NCBI GenBank assembly: GCA_964016885.1
Contig: OZ024740.1
Coordinates: 369,396,001 to 369,460,000, forward strand
Direction of reading: 5' to 3'
DNA length: 64,000 bases
Source of the DNA: Eledone cirrhosa
Taxonomy: Eukaryota
The notes under the pieces were generated by a model that was given only the letters and a program-made list of their open reading frames with translations, had not been told where the DNA came from and searched no databases. Of this stretch, positions 56,476-64,000 are shown in pieces (within the stretch, counting starts at the first letter, position 1; the number at the start of each line of letters is the position of its first letter). The translations under genes and the position numbers were made by a program.

Positions 56476-56617
56476 AGACTATGATAGACTAATGATAATT
56501 TCACTAAAGATAATTTCACCAGCAGTGCCACCACCACTGCCACGATGAAAACTCTGGTCAAGTCGACTCATATTTCTACTCCATCTTCAACACCATCGCT
56601 ACAGTAATACGACCACA

Positions 56618-56790
56618 TCGCCACCGCCGCTGCCTCATTATCGCTACCGCCGCTGCCTCATTATCGCTACCGCCGCTATTCTCTCCCGCTACCTCCTGCT
56701 AGTTGCTGCTGGCACAGCACCGCCATCGCCGCCGCCGCCGCTGCCTCATTGTCACTACCGCCGCTATTCTCTCCCGCTAGCCCCTGCTAC
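56618..56790. repeat. GC-rich minisatellite (ccgccgctgcctcattatcgcta-like)
   Basis: 23-bp units plus a higher-order ~90-bp duplication. Confidence 0.8.
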
Positions 56791-57089
56791 ATTGTAGAAT
56801 TCTCACTAAAAGAGGAAGGCATCAAAATATATAAATAGACTGAATTGATGACTCGGTCAAAATAAAAAAAATAAAAAATAAAAATAAAAGCAGCACAGCA
56901 ACAACAAAAACGTAAAGGAAAGAAAAATGAAGAGAAAAACAAACGGACGGACAGAGAAGGGAAGGGAAAAACTAAGTCAGACATTCAAACACTACATTAC
57001 AATGAAACTTATGCTTATTCATTTTTGGGGTTTTTTTCTGCCTGTTTGTTTGTTTATTTGGGTTCGTCTACAGCGTGATAATGCCACAC

Positions 57090-60000
57090 AAAAATCACCG
57101 GGAGTGACGAAATCACCGGAGGTGATGAAATCACCGGTGGTTATGTAACCATACATTCGCCAATCCTTGATAAGAGTGTTTATATGTCGAACCTAAACAG
57201 TTCCATTAACGGTGAAGTGGAGACTAGAATGTCATGTGACAGACTCTCACCCAACAGGTGCTCCCTGGCTCAGCAGCAGGGACCTGGCTGTCAACCAAAT
57301 ACTGCTGGTTTCGGAGGAAGAAGAAGAAGGAAAGGAACCAGAACCAACTGGACGAAAGAATTGAATAGAACTGTTATGCAATGTTACCTGAAGAGTGACC
57401 CCAGGGAGAAAGGCTATAGGAAAAGGATGCATAACATCTGCAACGAGATTGATCCATTTAAATTAGATGAACAAAACTGGCCGGGCAGGCTCGGGTAATA
57501 AGAACTAATGGGTGGATAAGCGAGCTGGAACTGGAGGAACTGAGCAGAGAGATTAGTTTGGAGATGGAGGGTGGAGTATGCCAGGCAAACGAGCCAGTGG
57601 GAAATGAAGGTGTAGAGGTCGAGAGAACGGAGGAACCACCCGAAGCAGACAATGATCTGAACACTGAGATAAATAATACCTGGAACAGAGATACGGCCAC
57701 TGAGGAGATGAATGCTGACGGGCTAGGATAAGATTTGGTAGATATCCTAAACTTAGTGGTAGATAAATTGAGCAATAATAGTGGGAGACATATGAACCTA
57801 AGATTTGTAGACAGGAAAAAGTTAAAAGAAACAACAGCTAAGGTAAACAGAGTCATCCCATACCTTGAGGCGAGGAGCCTTCACCAGTGCAACAATATCC
57901 TCAAAGCAACAGCAATTACGGTAAGGAAACTACTTGGTATAAAAGCGAGAGGAAACAACAGACAAGAAAGAGCAGAGCCTTGGTGGAAGAAACGACTGAG
58001 TGGTCAAATCAGGGAAATGAGAAATGACATTGGAAAGCTTGAGTCCCTACTGAATGGGACACTAAAAAACAGACACAAAAAATAGACTGGAAATAAAGTA
58101 CAAAACTAGAAGGAAAAAGCTAAATAGTATCATAGAGGAACTGAAGCAACGCATTGTAGCAAAGAGTGCAACAATCAGGCGATACGAGAACAGAGTCAGC
58201 CAGTATAGACAGAACCGCATGTTCGACAACAACCAGATGATGCTGTTTGGACAGCTTGAAGGGAAAGAAAGAGGCAACCACTTGATCCCTGAGGCGGAAC
58301 AAACTAAAACATTCTGGAGAGGAATATGGGAGCAGGATGTTAAACATAATGACCAGGCAGTGTGGATTGAGACAGTACAAAAGGAGATCAGTGAACAGGC
58401 ACACGAACAAACTGATTTGAGTATCACAGTTGAAACTCTTAGGGGGCAGGCCAAAAAACTAACCAACTGGAAATCACCTGGCCCAGATGGTGTGCAGGGG
58501 TATTGGATTAAAAACATAACATCCCTCCACCCGAAACTGACAACCATGTTCAATGACTGCTTGATGTCAGGTGTGGTGCCAGAGTGGTTGACAAAAGGTA
58601 CCACAGTTCTGATAATGAAAGACCGAATCAAGGGTAATGATGTTACCAACTATAGACCTATGACATGTCTGTCCGTAATGTGGAAACTGTTGAAAAGCAT
58701 TATGTCTGAGGAAATCTACCATCACCTCCACACAAACAACTTGTTACAGGGCGAACAGAAAGGATGCCGAAAGAAGTCACGTGGTACAAAGCACCAGTTA
58801 CTTATTGATAAGATGGTAATGAGGAATTGCAAGCGGAGACACACTGGTCTTGCCATGGGATGGATAGACTACAAAAAGGCATTTGAAATGGTGCCTCATT
58901 CTTTGATCACCAAAAGCCTGGAGATCTTCAAGGTGACAGATAACATCAGACAGGTGTTGGGCAAAACTATGAAGTCCTGGGAAACAGGGTTAACATCAAC
59001 TGGAGAATCCTTGGGAAGCGTGAAGATCAAGAGAGGTATCTTCCAGGGAGATAGTCTGTCCCCTATCTTGTTTGTCCTTGCCCTGAAGCCCCTGACCAGT
59101 GTACTGGGAAAAGTGAGAGCAGGATACAAGTTGGGAAAGGGAGGGCTTACCATCAATCAACTCCTCTTCATGTACGATCTTAAGCTCTTCGGGAAGAGTG
59201 AGAAGGAGTTGGATGTGCCTGTTGACGCTGTCCGTATTTTCAGCAATGATATATGTATGCAATTTGGTATTAGTAAGTGTGGAGTCATTGTGATGAGGAA
59301 GGGTAGGTTGAGTAGAAGTAACGGAATGCAGATACCAACAGGTGAGATGATAAAAGAAATTGACTCTGAGGAAGGATACAAGTATTTGGGCGTTCTGGAG
59401 GCTGATGATATCAAGAACCAAAAAAATGAAGGAATTGATAAGAACTGAATACCTTCGGATAGTAAGGGGCGTATTAAAGTCACATCTGAACATTAGGAAT
59501 GCCATAAGTGCAGTAAATTCCTGAGCTGTGTCTATTATTAGGTACGGTGCGGGAATTCTGAGATGGAATGTTGCTGAACAAAAAGAAATGGATAGGAAGA
59601 CTAGGAATCTATTGACTATCTACAATATGTTACACAAGAGGAGTGATGTCGATAGACTCTACTTAAGGAGATCTGAGGGTGGAAGAGGTCTTATCAGCAT
59701 AGAGGACTGTGTTCGAATGGAGAAAAACAACCTACACAAATACGTGACTGATAGTAAGGAGCCAATACTCAGAACTGTACTGAAGGAGGGGACAATATGC
59801 CAGGGGATGTCCAAGGAGTAAATAACATCAAGGAGAAAGAGCAGCCTTCAGGAAAAATCCCTTCATTGTACCTTCTTTGAGAGAAAACTGAATTTAGAGA
59901 TCCACAGACATGGAACTGGTTGAAAAGAGGAGACCTTAAAAAGGCTACAGAAGGAATGCTAATGGCTGCGCAGGAGCAGGCCCTCAAAACGAAGTGGTTG

Positions 60001-60695
60001 AAACACAACATTTACAAGGAGGAGGCTAGCCCACTGTGCAGGATCCGTGGAGAGAGAGAGGAGACTGTGGCTCACATTGTATCCGAGTGTAAACACCTAG
60101 CCCAGACTCACTATAAGGGCTGGAGACATGATGTGATGGGCAGGGTGATCCACTGGCACCTATGCAAAGTAAACAATTTACCACATTCTGAGAAGTGGTA
60201 TGAGCGTAAGACAGAGGCGGTGATAGAAAATGATCAGGTGAAGGTGCTGTGGGATTTTAGGATACAGACGGACAAGAAACTGGAACACAATAGACCTGAC
60301 CTAGTGGTTTTGGACAAAGAAAAAAGATCGTGGCTGATTCTGGATGTGGCCTGCCCATTCGACACGAGAGTGCAAGAGAAGGAGAGGGAATAAATTAAGC
60401 GATACCAGGACTTAAAGTGGGAGGTAAAAGGGATTTGGAACTGCCATAAAGTCAAAGTGATCCCGATTGTCATAGGTGCACTAGGGACTATCACAAAAAG
60501 TTTCCAGGGATGGTTAAAGAAAATGTGCCGCTTCACGCTTTTTGGAACGCTTCAAAAGGGATGCTTGCTGGAAACAGCAAGGACCCTCCGATACGTCCTG
60601 AATATCTGAGGCTGCAGGTAGTGGCTTGATATTCATCTCAACAAACTTTCCAGTTAACTAACATCAATAGTGTAATAAAAGTGTAATAAAAATAA
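57090..60695 (+). mobile_element. Dong/R4-like RLE non-LTR retrotransposon, near full length, disrupted
   Basis: N-terminal RTNWTKELN..VMQCY...GYRKRM. RT motifs KSPGPDG, YRPMTCL, EQKGC, WIDYKKAF, RGIFQGDSLSP, LLFMYD. Zinc knuckle CRI...HIVSEC. RLE motif RPDLV...DVACPFD. Stop at 60609, 3' tail in (TAA)n, several frameshifts and stops. Confidence 0.93.
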
Positions 60696-60699
60696 CAAC

Positions 60700-60765
<66 letters not shown>

Positions 60766-60803
60766 TTGTAGACAGAATAATAATAATGATAATAATAATA
60801 ATA
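60696..60803. repeat. (TAA)n target microsatellite between LINE copies
   Basis: Read directly. Contains an embedded tttgtagacag. Confidence 0.95.
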
Positions 60804-63672
60804 ATTTGTAGACAGGAAAAAGTTAAAAGAAACAACAGCTAAGGTAAACAAAGTCATCCCATACCTTGAGGCGAGGAGCCTTCACCAGTGCCACAATATC
60901 CTCAGAGCAACAGCAAATACGGTGAGGAAACTACTTGGTATAAAAGCGAGAGGAAACAACAGACAAGAAAGAGCAGAGCCGTGGTGGAAGAAGCGACTGA
61001 GTGGGCAAATCGGGGAAATGAGAAATTACATAGGAAAGCTTGAGTCACTACTGAATGGGACACTAACAAACATAGGCACTAAAAATAGACTGGAAATAAA
61101 ATACAAAACTAGGAGTAAAAAGCTAAATATTATCATAGAGGAATTGAAGCAACGCATTGTAGCAAAGAGTGCAAAAATCAGGCGATACGAGAACAGAGTC
61201 AGCCAGTATAAACAGAACCGCATGTTCGACAACAACCAGAAGATGCTGTTTGGACAGCTTGAGGGCAAAGCAAGAGGCAACGACTTGATCCCTGGGGCGG
61301 AGCAAACTAAAACATTCTGGAGAGGAATATGGGAGCAGGATGTTAGACACAATGCCCAGGCAGGGTGGATTGAGACAGTACAGAGGGAGATCGGTGAGCA
61401 GGCACAGCAACAGACTGATTTGAGTATCACAGTTGAAACTCTTAAGGGGCAAGCCAAAAAACTAACCAACTGGAAATCACCAGGCCCAGATGGTGTGCAG
61501 GGGTATTGGATTAAACATCTAACATCCCTCCACCCGAAGCTGACGGCCATGTTCAATGACTGCTTGGTGTCGGGTGAGGTGCCAGAGTGGTTGACAAAAG
61601 GTACCACAGTTCTGATAATGAAAGACCGAATCAAGGGTAATGATGCTACCAACTATAGACCTATCACATGTATGCCCGTAATGTGGAAACTGTTGACGAG
61701 CATTGTGTCTGAGGAAATCTACCATCACCTCCACACAAACAACTTGTTACCGGACGAACAGAAAGGATGCCGAAAGAAGTCACGTGGTACAAAGGACCAG
61801 TTGCTTATTGATAATGGGGAATTGCAGGAGGAGACACACTGATCTTGCCATGGGATGGATAGACTACAGAAAGGCATTTGACATGGTGCCTCATTCCTGG
61901 ATCACCAAAAGCCTGGAGATCTTCAAGGTGACAGATAACATCAGACAGTTGCTGGGCAGGAGTATGGGGTCCTGGGAGACAGAGTTGACATCAACTGGAT
62001 TATCCTTGGGAAGCGTGAAGATCAAGAGAGGTATCTTCCAGGGAGATAGCCTGTCCCCTCTGTTGTTTGTCCTTGCCCTGATGCCCTTGACCATTATGCT
62101 GCGAAAAGTGAGAGCAGGATACAAGTTGGGAAGGGGAGAGCTTACCATCAATCACCTCCTCTTCATGGACGATCTTAAGCTCTTCGGGAAAAGTGAGAAG
62201 GAGTTGGATGTGCTTGTTGACACTGTCCGTATTTTCAGCAGTGATATATGTATGCAGTTTGGTATTGGTAAATGTGGAGTCATTGTGATGAAGAGGGGTA
62301 GGTTGAGCAGAAGTAACGGGATCCAGATACCAACAGGTGAGATGATAAAGGAAATTGACTCTGAGGAACGATACAAGTATTTGGGCGTTCTGGAGGCTGA
62401 TGGCATAAAGCACAAAAAAATGAAGGAATTGTTAAGAACTGAATACATTCGGAGAGTAAGGAGCGTATTGAAGTCACATCTGAACAGCAGAAATGCCATA
62501 AGCGTAGTAAATTCCCGAGCTGTGTCAATTATTAGGTACAGTGCGGGAATTCTGAGATGGAATGTTGCTGAACAGAAAGAAATGGATAGGAAGACTAGGA
62601 AGCTATTGACTATCTACAACATGTTCCACAAGAGGAGTGATGTCGATAGACTCTACCTAAGGAGATCTGAGGGTGGAAGAGGTCTTATCAGCATAGAGGA
62701 CTGTGTTCAGATGGAGAAAAACAACCTATACAAATACGTGACCTATAGTAAGGAGCCAATTCTCAGAGCTGTACTGAAGGAGGGGACAGTAGGCCAGGGG
62801 ATGTCCAGGGAGGAAATAACATCAAGGAGGAAGAGCAGCCTTAAGGGAAAACCCCTTCATATTACCTTCTTTGAGAAAACTGAATTTAGAGATCCACAGA
62901 CATGAAACTGGTTGAGAAGAGGAGACCTCAAAAAGGCTACAGAAGGAATGCTAATGGCTGCGCAGGAGCAGGCCCTCAAAACGAAGTGGTTGAAGCACCA
63001 TATCTACAAGGAGGAGGCCAGCCCACTGTGCAGGATCTGTGGAGAGAGGAGACTGTGGCTCACATTGTGTCCGAGTGTAAACACCTAGCCCAGACCCACT
63101 ATAAGGGCTGGAGACACGATGTGATGGGCAGGGTGATCCACTGGCACCTGTGCAAAGTAAACAATCTACCACATTCTGAGAAATGGTATGAGCATAGGCC
63201 AGAGGCGGTGATGGAGAACAATCAGGTGAAGGTGCTGTGGGATTTTAGGATACAGACGGACAAAAAACTGGAACACAATAGACCCGACCTGGTGGTTGTG
63301 GACAAAGAAAAAAGATCGTGCCTGATTGTGGATGTGGCCTGCCCGTTCGACACGAGAGTGCAAGAGAAGGAGAGGGAGAAAATTAACCGATACCAGGACC
63401 TAAAGTGGGAGGTGAAAAGGATTTGGAACTGCCATGAAGTCAAAGTGATCCCGATTGTCATAGGCGCACTGGGGACTATCTCCAAAAGTTTCCAGGGATG
63501 GTTAAAGAAAATCGGCCCCTTCACGCTTTTTGGAACGCTTCAAAAGGCATGCTTGCTTGGAACAGCAAGAACCCTCCGATACGTCCTGAATATCTGAGGC
63601 TGCAGGTAGTGGCTTGATATTCAATCCAACGGACTTTCCAGTTAACCAACATCAATGACTGAGATTCAAGGA
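60804..63672 (+). mobile_element. Second Dong/R4-like copy, 5'-truncated, tandem
   Basis: Starts at the position equivalent to 57803. Better preserved motifs: WIDYRKAFD, HLLFMDDLKL, CRIC..HIVSEC, RPDLVV, IPIVIGALG. Frameshifts near 61815 and 62905-63050, stop at 63597. Confidence 0.94.
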
Positions 63673-63683
63673 ATAACAATAAC

Positions 63684-63750
<67 letters not shown>
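63673..63750. repeat. (TAA)n tail/target
   Basis: Read directly. Confidence 0.97.
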
Positions 63751-63753
<3 letters not shown>

Positions 63754-64000
63754 GGGAAGAAGACGCACGAGGTGGTAGAAGGTCATGAAATCGCTCCCGT
63801 AAGTTTTTGAATTTTTAACATATTTAAATAATTTGTGAAATAACAACTCTTAGTACAAATGCTACGTAAAGCATCCGGCTTGAGCCCCAACAAAATTTGG
63901 ACCGAAAATAGATTGTTATAAGGCTCAAATATTCAAATATTCAACTTTGTATTGTACATTGTATATTCAAAAAAGAAAATGGCTATAAATGGAAGAAGAC

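Noticed and set aside
57458-63524. Minus-strand ORFs overlapping the Dong-like LINEs
   Set aside because: Antisense shadows of the LINE coding frame, duplicated only because the element is duplicated.

Overview
AT-rich, microsatellite-laden eukaryotic (metazoan) DNA. The repeat content suggests a coleoid cephalopod such as Octopus, but that is inference. No host gene could be supported. Most long ORFs in the track are artefacts of (TA)n/(CA)n runs. The recognisable content is retroelements. There are five Penelope-like element (PLE) bodies: two Neptune-type and three with a CxCx5C linker (Hydra-clade-like). There are also two tandem Dong/R4-like RLE LINEs plus a fragment in (TAA)n, a second RLE family bounded by (CATA)n, CR1 and L1/Tx1 remnants, a probable internally deleted RTE derivative, and about ten tRNA-derived SINE copies or fragments. 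The main hidden layer is about 20 minimal type I hammerhead ribozyme (HHR) motifs or half-motifs found by eye. They include a four-unit, ~430-bp tandem array with one HHR per unit (retrozyme-like), five motifs with the compensatory U3-A8 core (TTGAWAA), HHRs with very long stem II insertions, and ORF-less mini-elements made of inverted HHR-bearing arms. A ~500-bp old palindrome carrying two convergent tRNA-Glu-like Pol III units is also unexplained. All coordinates and folds were read manually, so element boundaries are approximate.
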